In this document: one piece after another, positions 18,555-27,825 of the stretch
Numbering within the stretch: the first letter of the stretch is position 1
Layout of the letters: each line of letters opens with the position of its first letter
From: Terriglobia bacterium
Lineage (GTDB): Bacteria > Acidobacteriota > Terriglobia > Terriglobales > Acidobacteriaceae
NCBI GenBank assembly: GCA_963755365.1
Contig: CAVWJV010000012.1
Coordinates: 250,356 to 314,355, forward strand
Reading direction: 5' to 3'
DNA: 64,000 nt
Position numbers and translations under genes: made by a program
The notes under the pieces: model-generated
Told to the model about the DNA's origin: nothing
What the model saw: the letters and a program-made list of their open reading frames with translations, nothing else
Databases searched by the model: none

Positions 18555-19100
18555 ATGACGCAACGTCATCCAATTCGACCGAGCAATGCAAGCCAGACAG
18601 GCTTCAGCCTGATTGAAGTCATGTTTGCAATGGTGTTGCTTGCCGTTGGGCTCATGGGCAGCATCGGGATGATCTGCGTGGCTGCGGCCAGTAACGGCGG
18701 CTCCAAAATAAATACAACAGCAGCCACGCTGGCGCAAAGCACAATGGAGCGGATAGTTGCCATTCCCCAGGGATCCGCGGGCAATGGAGCTCTCACCAGT
18801 CTCACGGATTGCCAGGGCAATATCTTCTCGATGGATTCGTCATTAGGTGGTTCGCCGCTAACTACCAGTGGCGCATTCGCGGGAATTGATTTTCGGCAAC
18901 CGCCGGTTCCCAACTACTCCATGCAATACGTAATGTGCAGCGGGGGACAGAGCACAGCGTATGACGTCCGGTGGCGTGTGGATGTGGGACCAACGGCTTC
19001 AACCGATCTGGTTACAGTCAGCGTTCGCAGCACGATTTCAGCAGGAGCAGCAGCTGTCCTGGCCAGGCCCATTACGCTAAGAACACTCAGAGGAAACTAG
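18555..19100 (+). CDS. prepilin-type minor pilin, PilV-like
   Basis: GFSLIEVMFAMVLLAVGLMG follows a 15-aa leader. Confidence 0.75.
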   Translation: MTQRHPIRPSNASQTGFSLIEVMFAMVLLAVGLMGSIGMICVAAASNGGSKINTTAATLAQSTMERIVAIPQGSAGNGALTSLTDCQGNIFSMDSSLGGSPLTTSGAFAGIDFRQPPVPNYSMQYVMCSGGQSTAYDVRWRVDVGPTASTDLVTVSVRSTISAGAAAVLARPITLRTLRGN

Positions 19101-19152
19101 TTTGAACAGAAATCTCATCAACGAGAAGCCTGAACACACCGTAAGAAACGGT

Positions 19153-19860
19153 ATGTCTGGTTCCGCACGCAAAGGCGGGCAGGGCGGATTCTCGCTGATG
19201 GAAATGCTGATCAGCATGACGATCCTGGTTCTTCTTATCTCCTTGGCGTTCGATCAGATCACGCAATTGCAGAAGAAGACCGCAGCGGAATCCTCACGCT
19301 TAGACATGAGCCAGGAAGCACGCGAATTCGTGGACCAGACCGTGCGCGATCTTCACGTTGCGGGATATCCAAACATATCAATGTTCGCCAATGCCTCCAC
19401 GATCAATGATCCCTGGGTGGCGGCGGGAATTGTAAGCGTTTCGCCAACTCAGCTGGTGTTCGAAGGGGACGTGAACAATGACGGTCAGGTCTATAGCGTG
19501 AACATCTCCTACCTGAATGCGTCACCGGGTAATCCAAACTGTCCGTGCATCCGCAGGAGTGCGATACCAAAGACGGCGGGCAGTCCGCTGGCGCAGCCGG
19601 TTTCACTGAATTACGTGGAAACCGATCATGTGATGCCGCCAGGTGCAGGCCCGGGAAAATCGGGAGAGGATCTGTTTGCGTTCTATGACCAGAACGGCAA
19701 TCAGATCGACGCGAGTGCAGGCCTGGATATCGGGACATCACCGCTTATCATCGCCAATATAAAGACGGTGAAGGTGAATCTGACCCTCGCGAATGGCGTG
19801 GATGCGATCGGAAATGCGGTAGGCACTTCGCTCTCAAGTACGGTGAGGTTGAATCAGTGA
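19153..19860 (+). CDS. prepilin-type minor pilin, PilW-like
   Basis: MSGSARKGGQGGFSLMEMLISMTILVLLISLAF. The ORF track starts at TTG 19102; ATG 19153 gives a normal leader length. Confidence 0.75.
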   Translation: MSGSARKGGQGGFSLMEMLISMTILVLLISLAFDQITQLQKKTAAESSRLDMSQEAREFVDQTVRDLHVAGYPNISMFANASTINDPWVAAGIVSVSPTQLVFEGDVNNDGQVYSVNISYLNASPGNPNCPCIRRSAIPKTAGSPLAQPVSLNYVETDHVMPPGAGPGKSGEDLFAFYDQNGNQIDASAGLDIGTSPLIIANIKTVKVNLTLANGVDAIGNAVGTSLSSTVRLNQ

Positions 19861-21863
19861 AACAGATGAACATCAGTACGAGAAGGAAGACCGAGCGCGG
19901 CGCAGCGCTTCTTCTGGTGATGTTCGCCATCATCCTGGTTTCCGGTTTCGGCATTCTTATGTACTTCTCATCGGGTACAGAGTCGCGGATTGATGCCAAT
20001 TACGGAAGCAGTCTCAACGCCTACTACGCTGCTCGCTTTGGTCTTGAGGAAGTTCGCGCACGGGTAAAGTATTCAACCCTGGTGAACCCTCCGCAACCTG
20101 GCATCACACTGCCTTTGGACATAGCAGGCAACGCTAACGGCGTTCTTTACGTGTTGAACCCGGCAAACGGCGAAAACGTTGATCCAACCGACATCAATAA
20201 CAGGTATTTTGACGATCAGCTCTGCCATGATTTCAATTCTGGCGTTCCCCGCGGCGCCAAGTGCGCGGTGACTCCCACGGTTGGCAATTGGAACATGCAG
20301 CCGCTGACGTCTGTGGCGGACGCCGGAATTGCAACGCCCTTCAAATGGGCACGCGTGAACATGAAGACCAACCGGATATCCGATCCGTACTTCGTGGACG
20401 CAACCAACCTGCCCGGCACCCTTGATACTCGCGTTTGCTGGGATGGCACGAACGAGCAGCTTTCGCCCGGAGGAGCCAATCCAGCCTGCGATGCCAACGG
20501 CATGCAGACAGTCTATATGCTCACTTCACTGGCGGTCACACCGGGTGTAGCTCAGACTGCCGGACGAAAATTACTCCGCTCGGAATTGGTGGCGCCTTCG
20601 ATTCGTCCTCCCGGAGCAGTCACCATGGACGCTGCGTCTGCAACGCCTGTGCTGAGTGATGGTGGCATTCCCTCCACTGCAATTGACGGTCGTGTGCATA
20701 CGATGTTTGGAGTCCTGGGTGATCCAAACACAAATCGATGCTCTTCGGTTGCTGCCGTTGCCACAGATAATCCGCAAACCTCTACCCAAATCGCGCAGCA
20801 ACTGGACGGCCTTCGTCAGAGCATCGTGACAAACGGCCAACCAGTCCTGTAATCCTGATGGCAGCACCCAAGCTAGCAGTGCGACCGCGTGTACTCCAGG
20901 ACTGTGGTGGGTTCGTGGCACCGATCTTGCAAATCGCTATGACAACCCACCAGTTGGCGGAGGAACCCCAACTCCGACTCCGACGCCAGTTCCAACTCCA
21001 ACGCCAGCTCCAACTCCAACAGGGGGCGGCGATGATCATGGCCATGGACACAGTGGAACCAGCGGCGGTTCGGGAGACCAGTGGCACGACTGGAACCTCT
21101 GGCACAACCGGAACTTCTGGCACGACTGGAAAGCGGCACCTCTGGGACATCTGCCGGCACTGGAACGCTTACCGGTGGCATTACACCCCTGTGCGATCCA
21201 TCCATCGCCAGTTGCTATGCCAACCTTGATCTCACAGCCCCGGAACTGCTGGCAGTATCGGCCACAATGGCGCCGCATGTTCCCAGCGTTGTGCTTCCGG
21301 CTAATCCTTCATCTACCTTCATTGGAGGGCCAGGAAACTCACTGGATCCGGCGATCTATCAGACAGCACTTCCGAACACCTTGCCAAACCAGGTCAAGAC
21401 GCTCAGCGCTCTGGTTTCCTTGAGCGCGGGCCAGGGTAATTACATTGCAACCTCCGTTGCTAATCTGGCCCCTAGTTATGGGAGCCCGACAAACCCTGTA
21501 ATTGTCGTTATCAAAAATACTCCTCTTCCCGTAAACGACACAGGCCTTCAGCTCGCTACTAATCTCACAGGCTTTGGCGTGCTTGTGGTTCCTAATGATT
21601 TCGAAATCAATAATGCACAACTCCAGTGGACCGGAGTGGTTCTGGTGCAAGGCGGAGCGGCCAAGTTTGTAGTTGGAGCAGGCGCCACCGGTTGGATCAA
21701 CGGATCGCTCATGCTGCAACCCACACAGGGAACAGCTGCTGTGGTTCAGACAAGCACTTCCAGAACCAGCTCTTTCCGAATCGCCTATAGCTGTGACGCC
21801 ATCGATATGGCTTTTAGTTCCCTGCCGTTTAAAGTTATCTCTTCGTCCGAATCGTCTTTCTAG
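19857..21863 (+). pseudogene. PilX-N-domain pilus-associated protein with PT-rich and G/T/S-rich linkers and a large C-terminal domain; three +1 frame switches as assembled
   Basis: The PilX-like N-terminus is ERGAALLLVMFAIILVSGFGILMY. Plausible coding sequence continues in frame +1 after ~20840 (CNPDGST...TPTPTPTPVPTPTPAPTPTGGG), in frame +2 after ~21075 (TSGTTGTSGTTGTSGTTG), and back in frame 0 after ~21130 (SGTSGTSAGTGTLTGGITPLCDP... to 21863). Confidence 0.6.
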
Positions 21864-21933
21864 ATCGATTCCACCGCCCCAAACATCTCCGAACTACGTG
21901 CGTCTGCTTCAGACCACACTGTGCGCTCAACCG

Positions 21934-22131
21934 CTAGGCTCTGGGCCCGCGAAGTACGCGCGCCGGCAGAAACAGGATTGCTTTCAGCAAATCAAGCACT
22001 CCACCCACCGCAATCCCAACGATCCGAAATGGCAGTAGCAGCAGCCAGACGAATGGATATAAAACTAAAGCCCCAAGGGCCAGTGGCCAACAGACAACCA
22101 GCAGCACACACCATAGTAATAAGCTGAGCAT
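21934..22131 (-). CDS. small hydrophobic membrane protein
   Basis: The 65-aa ORF has two predicted TM helices. I recognise no family. Confidence 0.4.
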   Translation of the reverse strand: MLSLLLWCVLLVVCWPLALGALVLYPFVWLLLLPFRIVGIAVGGVLDLLKAILFLPARVLRGPRA

Positions 22132-22299
22132 CGAAAACCCTCTGCAATTGTTACGTAAGCTTTGTGTTTCCAGTTCCGTGGAGGGAATACTATCGAAAGC
22201 TAGTGTACTTCGGCGTTTTCGCGCTAAGGTAAAACGCTGTGCTCTTCATGCTAATATCCCGCCCGTAGATCATCTTCAAACTCAGAAGTAAGGACCCGT

Positions 22300-23506
22300 A
22301 TGAAACAGCCAGGCGGTACTACTCGCGGATTTAACTCCGCTATGTTTGTGGGAGTTCTACTTTTGCTCGCCACCTTCGTCCCAGCACAACTGCGAGCGGA
22401 AGACAGCAAAACCAAATCGCCCGTGATTGAGAAGGTGACGTTTACCTTTGAATCCGGCAACCCTAATCCAGTTCAGATGGACATAGTCGGCCACGGCTTC
22501 CGTTACAGAAATGTTGCCGTCAAGATGGCCGGAATTCCGCAAACCGTGAAGTCAGCCACTGACACCCATGTCACCGTCACGCCTACACCCTTGAGCCCAG
22601 GCTCATACCTTCTGCGGCTAATCTATGACTCCAATAACGAGGTGCGCAGATCGGTCAAGTTTGAAGTCACCCTTGGCGACGCCAGTGGTACTGGCGGAGC
22701 GCAAGGTCCGCAAGGGCCTCCGGGACCCCAAGGTCTCCCTGGACTAGCCGGGCCTGCCGGGCGCAGGGTAAAACTGGCGCGACTGGCCCTGCTGGACCCG
22801 CCGGAGCAACCGGGCCCGCCGGACCCATCGGTCTTACTGGTTCTGCCGGCCCAGCCGGACCCACCGGTCTTACTGGAGCAACCGGCCCTGCCGGAGCAAC
22901 TGGTCCTGCCGGACCCATCGGTCTTACTGGTTCTGCCGGTCCTGCCGGACCCACCGGTCTTACTGGTTCTGCCGGAGCAACCGGACCCGCCGGACCCATC
23001 GGTCTTACTGGTTCTGCTGGACACTGCCGGCGCACCGGACCGCCGGACCGCAGGAGCCCATCGGTCTCGGGGCCTGCTGGAGCGACCGGGGCGACTGGTG
23101 CGCCGGACCTGCTGGAGCATGGACCAGGGCGCGCCGGGGTAGCCGGTCCTACTGGACCATCTGGCAACCGGCGCTACTGGCGCAACCGGACCCGCTGGAC
23201 CTGCCGGACCTCCTGGACCGCCTGACACTCGCTTTGGCACCAATACGCAAAACGGGGCACTCAGCGTTTGGAGCCACCTGTACCATCGGTGAAATAAAGC
23301 TTTCCGCTGGTACCGCCGCGGCCGGCATTCCTGCCAATGGGCAGTTGCTCACGATCGCGCAAAATCCCACCCTGTTTCAAGTCCTGGGAACCACGTTTGG
23401 TGGAGATGGACAGACCACTTTCGGCGTGCCTGATCTGCGTAGTGCGGCGCCCAACGGGCTCACGTACAGCATTTGCGACGAAGGAATCTTTCCTTCACTT
23501 CGCTAA
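22300..23506 (+). pseudogene. secreted IPT/TIG-like + collagen-like (Gly-X-Y) + phage-tail-collar-domain protein; at least 5 frame switches as assembled
   Basis: There is a signal peptide and a beta-domain in frame 1. The Gly-X-Y run [22 protein letters not shown] continues in another frame as [39 protein letters not shown].... The C-terminus, in a third frame, reads CTIGEIKLSAGTAAAGIPANGQLLTIAQNPTLFQVLGTTFGGDGQTTFGVPDLR (tail-collar signature). Confidence 0.7.
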
Positions 23507-23528
23507 CTTGAAAATTGAAATTTTCACC

Positions 23529-23556
23529 AAAGGCCCGCATGTGCGGGCCTTTTTTC
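23529..23556 (+). terminator. rho-independent terminator
   Basis: aaaggcccgca-tg-tgcgggccttt is an 11-bp perfect stem followed by a T-run. Confidence 0.8.
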
Positions 23557-23578
23557 TGTTTGCAACTCTTTCATCGCC

Positions 23579-24962
23579 TCACTTCTGCTCCGCTAGTGGT
23601 AGCAGGATCTGGAACACTGTCTGCCCAGGTTTTGAGTTCACGTTGATGTCGCCATGGTGCTTCTTCACAATGCGTTGCACCGTGTCCAGGCCCAGTCCCG
23701 TACCTTGCCCAACGGCCTTGGTGGTAAAAAACGGTTCAAAGATATGCGGTAGTACTTCGGGCGCAATTCCCGGACCGTCGTCAGTGACCTCCACCACAAC
23801 ACAATTGTCATCGCGAAAAGTGCGTATCAGCAGTTTGCCGTTGCCGCTCATCGCATCAATGGCATTGTCGATGATGTTGGTCCACACCTGGTTCAACTCG
23901 CTGCCAAAGGAGTCCACCAGAAACGGGACGGGATTGTAATCACGCTGCACCGTCACGCCATGTTTGAGTTTGTGATTCATGATTGTCAACGTCGTCTCAA
24001 GGCTCTTGGCAATGTTCACATTCTGCACCGGAGACTGGTCCATGTACGTGTATTCCTTAATCGCGCCTACCAGATCGGAAATTCTCGCGGTGCTGCTTTC
24101 TATCTCATCCAACAGGCTGGCCACATCCAGGACCGCGGCGATTCGCACCAGTGCCGCTCGTGCCGTGCCTGCATCCAGCAACGCAAACAATGATTCCAGC
24201 ACTTCCGCCTGCGCTCCTTTGCGCGCCAGGTCTCCGGCAAGCTGCCACAAATCATTTTGTCCATGGCTGCGGAGCACCGTATCAAGCTGATCTTCCAGCG
24301 TGCTTACCGTCAGTGTGTCCGGCGGCGGACCGCTCACGCTGGACCAGTGACGACTCAAGTTTCTCGATCTCCGCCTTTTGTGATGCGGTCAACTCCTGCG
24401 CGCCAAGTTCATGGCTTGCGTCTTTGATTTGCTGGATCGTTTTGCGAAGCTGGCTGGTTGCGCGCCTGGCCGCAGAAGCAGGATTGTTCAACTCATGTGC
24501 CAGGCCGGCCGATAGCTTTCCCAGGGCCGCCAATCGATCACGCTGCTGCTCCCTTCGCGTTGTTTCGCGAATCCGGTCAGACATCAGACCTACAAGTCTG
24601 CTCGCCAGTTCCGGCATTTTCTGGACAAGCTCAGGAAAGAGTGACGCGGGAAAGCGCAGCACGCGTCCGTTGGTTATTGCCCGTCCAGTCAGCGGGAATT
24701 GCTTCATGCGGGAAAAAGGCAGCACGCCAGTCACATCACCTGGATTGGCCGCGAAGGAAAACACTTCGCCACCCAGCTCTCCTCTTGCCTGCAATTGCCC
24801 CTCCAGCACCACAAACATGGCGTCGGCGGGATCGCCCTGATGGAGGTAGGTATCGCCCGGCTTCAGCTCAATTTCCTGAGCCTTACTGAGAAACCACGTG
24901 ATCTGGTCGTCAGGCAGTCCTTCAAAAACCGGGACGCTGAGTATTTCGGATTTTTCCACCAT
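23579..24962 (-). CDS. sensor histidine kinase with N-terminal cyclic-nucleotide-binding domain; one frame break (~24315-24350)
   Basis: ORF 24282-24962 holds the cNMP-binding fold and the H-box LAHELNNPASA. ORF 23579-24358 holds the HATPase_c N/G boxes (IIDNAIDA, DDGPGI, GTGLGL). The two ORFs overlap by 77 nt in different frames. Confidence 0.85.
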
Positions 24963-24965
24963 TGC

Positions 24966-26636
24966 TTATACCTTGCTCAAATATTGATGGATGAACTGTA
25001 CCGCCACGGAACCTTCCCCCACGCCGGAAGCCACGCGCTTGACCGATCCATGACGAACGTCGCCTACAGCAAAAAGGCCGGGGATATTCGTCTCCAGCAG
25101 AAACGGATCGCGCTCCAGCGTCCAGCCTTTGGGGCGATTGGCATCCCACAACAGATCAGGCCCGGTGAGAATAAACCCTCGTTCATCCCTCTCCACCGTA
25201 TCTTTCAACCAGTCTGTGCTTGGCAGTGCGCCAATGAAAATAAACATGGCGCTGGCCGGCACTCTCTCAGTCTTGCCGGTGTCAGAGCAAAGGACGGAGA
25301 TTTCTTCCAGATGAGTATCGCCATGTGCTTCCATCACGCTGGCGTGCTTCCACAGGCTGATGTTCGGCGTGCGTTCAATCTGTTCGATCAGATACTGTGA
25401 CATTGTGCTGGAAAGCGATTCACCGCGAACCAGAATCACCACCCGGTCCGCGAACTTGGCAAAGTTCATGGCTGCCTGTCCCGCGGAGTTTGCTCCCCCA
25501 ATGATGTAAACCGTTTCTCCTTTGCAGGAAAGCGCTTCGGTAGCTCCGCCGCCATAATAAATGCCGGCGCCCTGTAGCCTGTCTATTCCAGGAGCAGCCA
25601 ATCGCCGCCATTGCACGCCGGAAGCAATCATCAGCGCATGGCATGAGATCTCACTGCCATCTGCCAGCTTGAGAATGCGATACGATCCTTCCGTTCGGAA
25701 AGCGACCGCCTCCTGAGGCGACAGGATTTCTACCCCAAAACGTTGCGCCTGCACCACCGCTCGACGCGCCAGATCTCCGCCGCTCAACCCGGTCGGGAAG
25801 CCAAGATAGTTCTCAATGCGTGAACTCATGCCGGCCTGACCGCCCGGCGCCTCTTTCTCAATGATCACCGTGTGGAGGCCCTCTGACGCTCCGTACACAG
25901 CCGCGGCAAGTCCCGCTGGGCCTCCGCCCACAATCGCAAGATCGTAAAAGTTGGTCTGCGCCCGCGTCCGTAGGCCAACTTTCTGTGCCACATCAGCCGG
26001 CACACTTTCCAGCATCTTGGTTCCGTCCGGAAACAACACCACGGGAAGACTCGCAGCTTCCGGGCCAAGCGCTTCCAGCAGTTGCTTGGTTTCCTTGTCA
26101 TTCACTGAGAGCTCAACATCAATCCATTGATAAGGGACATGATTGCGGGCCAGAAAATCGCGCAACTCATAGGACCGCGGCGACCACCGCGTCCCCAGCA
26201 CGCGTATGCCTTCAAAGCCTGGGCGGTAAGAGGCCTGCCAGTCATCCAGCAGATCGTCCAGTTGCGGATAAAGGTGCTCTTCCGGCGGGTCCCAGGGCTT
26301 CATGAAGAAATAGTTGATATTGGCTTCGTTGATCGCGCTGATCGCGGCATTGGTGTCCGCATACGCGGTGAGTAGGGCACGCTTGGCATCCGGGAAGAGT
26401 TCTCTCGCTTGCTGGAGAAAGCTCACGCCATCCAGCTTGGGCATTCGCTGGTCCGCCAGCAGGAGCGCCACACTGTCATTCCGCACCTTCAATTGCTTGA
26501 GCAGGTCGAGCGCGCCCTGAGGAGAGTCACTTGCGAACACGCGATAATTTGCGCCGTAGTGCGAACGCAGATCACGCTCCACAGCGCGCAAAACATCCAG
26601 GTCATCGTCTACGCTGAGTAATATCGGCTTGGCCAT
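24966..26636 (-). CDS. fused response-regulator receiver / glutaredoxin-like / thioredoxin-reductase-like FAD oxidoreductase
   Basis: The 556-aa ORF has a REC domain (LLSVDDD...LLADQRMPKLDG), a middle Grx-like segment without Cys, and a TrxR-like part (DLAIVGGGPAGLAAAVY, IIGGANSAGQAA, GLFAVGDVR). Its stop is 4 nt from the kinase start. Confidence 0.9.
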   Translation of the reverse strand: MAKPILLSVDDDLDVLRAVERDLRSHYGANYRVFASDSPQGALDLLKQLKVRNDSVALLLADQRMPKLDGVSFLQQARELFPDAKRALLTAYADTNAAISAINEANINYFFMKPWDPPEEHLYPQLDDLLDDWQASYRPGFEGIRVLGTRWSPRSYELRDFLARNHVPYQWIDVELSVNDKETKQLLEALGPEAASLPVVLFPDGTKMLESVPADVAQKVGLRTRAQTNFYDLAIVGGGPAGLAAAVYGASEGLHTVIIEKEAPGGQAGMSSRIENYLGFPTGLSGGDLARRAVVQAQRFGVEILSPQEAVAFRTEGSYRILKLADGSEISCHALMIASGVQWRRLAAPGIDRLQGAGIYYGGGATEALSCKGETVYIIGGANSAGQAAMNFAKFADRVVILVRGESLSSTMSQYLIEQIERTPNISLWKHASVMEAHGDTHLEEISVLCSDTGKTERVPASAMFIFIGALPSTDWLKDTVERDERGFILTGPDLLWDANRPKGWTLERDPFLLETNIPGLFAVGDVRHGSVKRVASGVGEGSVAVQFIHQYLSKV

Positions 26637-26856
26637 AATCAGTCAGTCTACAAAACATTGTTCGGTTCCGCACCCTATCGCGGCAGGCAGGTTAGATGCT
26701 GCCGCTCTCGTTTGGTCGCAACATTCGCGGAAACCGGATGCTGCAGCAGCAGTGATCTTCCAGGTTTGTCCGCGATTATCGCTCAGCGCGCGAAAAACGC
26801 GCAATCGCCGGGATCGACATCATCGCGCTCCATCGCCAGGACGGAAGAGCAAAGGC

Positions 26857-26888
26857 TTAACCACAAAGGCCACAAAGGAACACAAAGG
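26857..26888. repeat. intergenic repeat family A copy
   Basis: ttaaccacaaaggccacaaaggaacacaaagg, compared with 3062-3093. Confidence 0.75.
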
Positions 26889-26946
26889 AGCCCTCCCCGT
26901 TCATCCCAAGTTGAGCCGTCATGCGGGCGTCTGAGCCCGCAGGCGA

Positions 26947-27001
26947 AATCCTGAGCGAGCGTAGCGAGTCGAAGGAACCCTCCCTCACCCTTCATCCCAA
27001 G
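26947..27001. repeat. intergenic repeat family C-like copy (aatcctgagcgagcgtagcgagtcgaaggaaccctccc...)
   Basis: It is similar to 38467-38499, and the core gagtcgaa[ag]ga[at]cc is shared with 44758-44817 and 55537-55596. Confidence 0.6.
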
Positions 27002-27061
27002 ATCTAAATGACTTACACATAACATCCCAATCGCCGGTTCTTGTTCCGGCTAGTTTGTTAG

Positions 27062-27173
27062 CTGCCATTTGCTAATTGCCGTTTGCCAATTGCTGTTTTA
27101 TCTGCATTCATTCGCGCCAATCTGCGAAAAGAGGTTTTGATCAGTGTGAATCAGTGTTATCCGTGAATCAGCG
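27062..27173. repeat. composite repeat: (ttgc[ct]aattgc)n module plus inverted module B
   Basis: ctgccatttgctaattgccgtttgccaattgctg, followed at 27120-27173 by the reverse complement of the module at 3129-3165. Confidence 0.6.
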
Positions 27174-27292
27174 GTAGGCTTTGTCCTTCGATCTCGGCGA
27201 TGTCGCGCGATAACGTCGATCTCGGCGATAGGCATGCTCCGCATCTACAACTTTCAACGTCGGAATAAGCATCCCAAGCTACGGAGCTTGTA

Positions 27293-27664
27293 ATGGAAGG
27301 TATGTTGGAACTTTTTGACCAGTCGGACTGCACTCTCTTGCCCGGCGAAGCTGTACTCATATCAGGTGTCTATGAGATCTGCCATTTCGACGAACCACGG
27401 CGAAGTGTGCTTCTCCTGCGCGATACCATCTTCCCCTCGTGCCGCCAATGCGGAGAATCAGTCCGCTATAAGTTAGTCCAGCCGGCGCCGCACATTTCAG
27501 AAGACCCCGACTTTATTGAAGGCATCGGAGAAGACAACCCGATCGTCATGTCAGGAGTCTTACAAAACTCGTTTCCTTTGCAACTAGGCAGAACACATGG
27601 CTACAGGTTCTGGCAACAAATTGTACAAGCCTGGGGAAATAGTCCTGAAAGCGGGAATCTATAA
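27293..27664 (+). CDS. small CxxC protein, paralogue 1 of a local three-member family
   Basis: ...LLPGEAVLISGVYEICHFDEPRRSVLLLRDTIFPSCRQCGESVRYKLV... aligns with the two ORFs below. The 3' third overlaps the next ORF, so the true end is uncertain. Confidence 0.5.
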   Translation: MEGMLELFDQSDCTLLPGEAVLISGVYEICHFDEPRRSVLLLRDTIFPSCRQCGESVRYKLVQPAPHISEDPDFIEGIGEDNPIVMSGVLQNSFPLQLGRTHGYRFWQQIVQAWGNSPESGNL

Positions 27665-27794
27665 GGTCATACATCAAGGGCACCGCGACCCCCACGAAGC
27701 GGGCCTCAATGCACGGGACGTTTTTCCAGCGTGTAAAATCTGCAACGCACGCGTGCGCTTTGAACTTGTCAGGGAGTTGGCCGAATCGGATTAG
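27597..27794 (+). CDS. small HxxH...CxxC protein, paralogue 2
   Basis: MATGSGNKLYKPGEIVLKAGIYKVIHQGHRDPHEAGLNARDVFPACKICNARVRFELVRELAESD. Confidence 0.55.
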   Translation: MATGSGNKLYKPGEIVLKAGIYKVIHQGHRDPHEAGLNARDVFPACKICNARVRFELVRELAESD

Positions 27795-27825
27795 CGCAGA
27801 ATTGGTGCACACCTACAGCCCTCGG

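Noticed and set aside
21080-23010. Regularly spaced short repeats that could be mistaken for a CRISPR array
   Set aside because: The repeats are 9- or 18-nt coding periodicities (Gly-X-Y, TSGTTG) with no unique spacers. No cas genes are present.
22623-23243. Pro/Gly/Arg-rich minus-strand ORFs (206 and 166 aa)
   Set aside because: They are antisense translations of the collagen-like Gly-X-Y repeat. The repeat periodicity keeps all frames open.
22300-23506. Diversity-generating retroelement targeting the tail-collar protein
   Set aside because: There is no reverse transcriptase and no template/variable repeat pair with adenine-specific differences in the window.
26629-27025. Three overlapping ORFs encoding peptides such as NHKGHKGTQRSPP
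   Set aside because: They are translation artefacts of intergenic repeat modules. The same peptide fragments recur wherever the repeat occurs, in any frame context.
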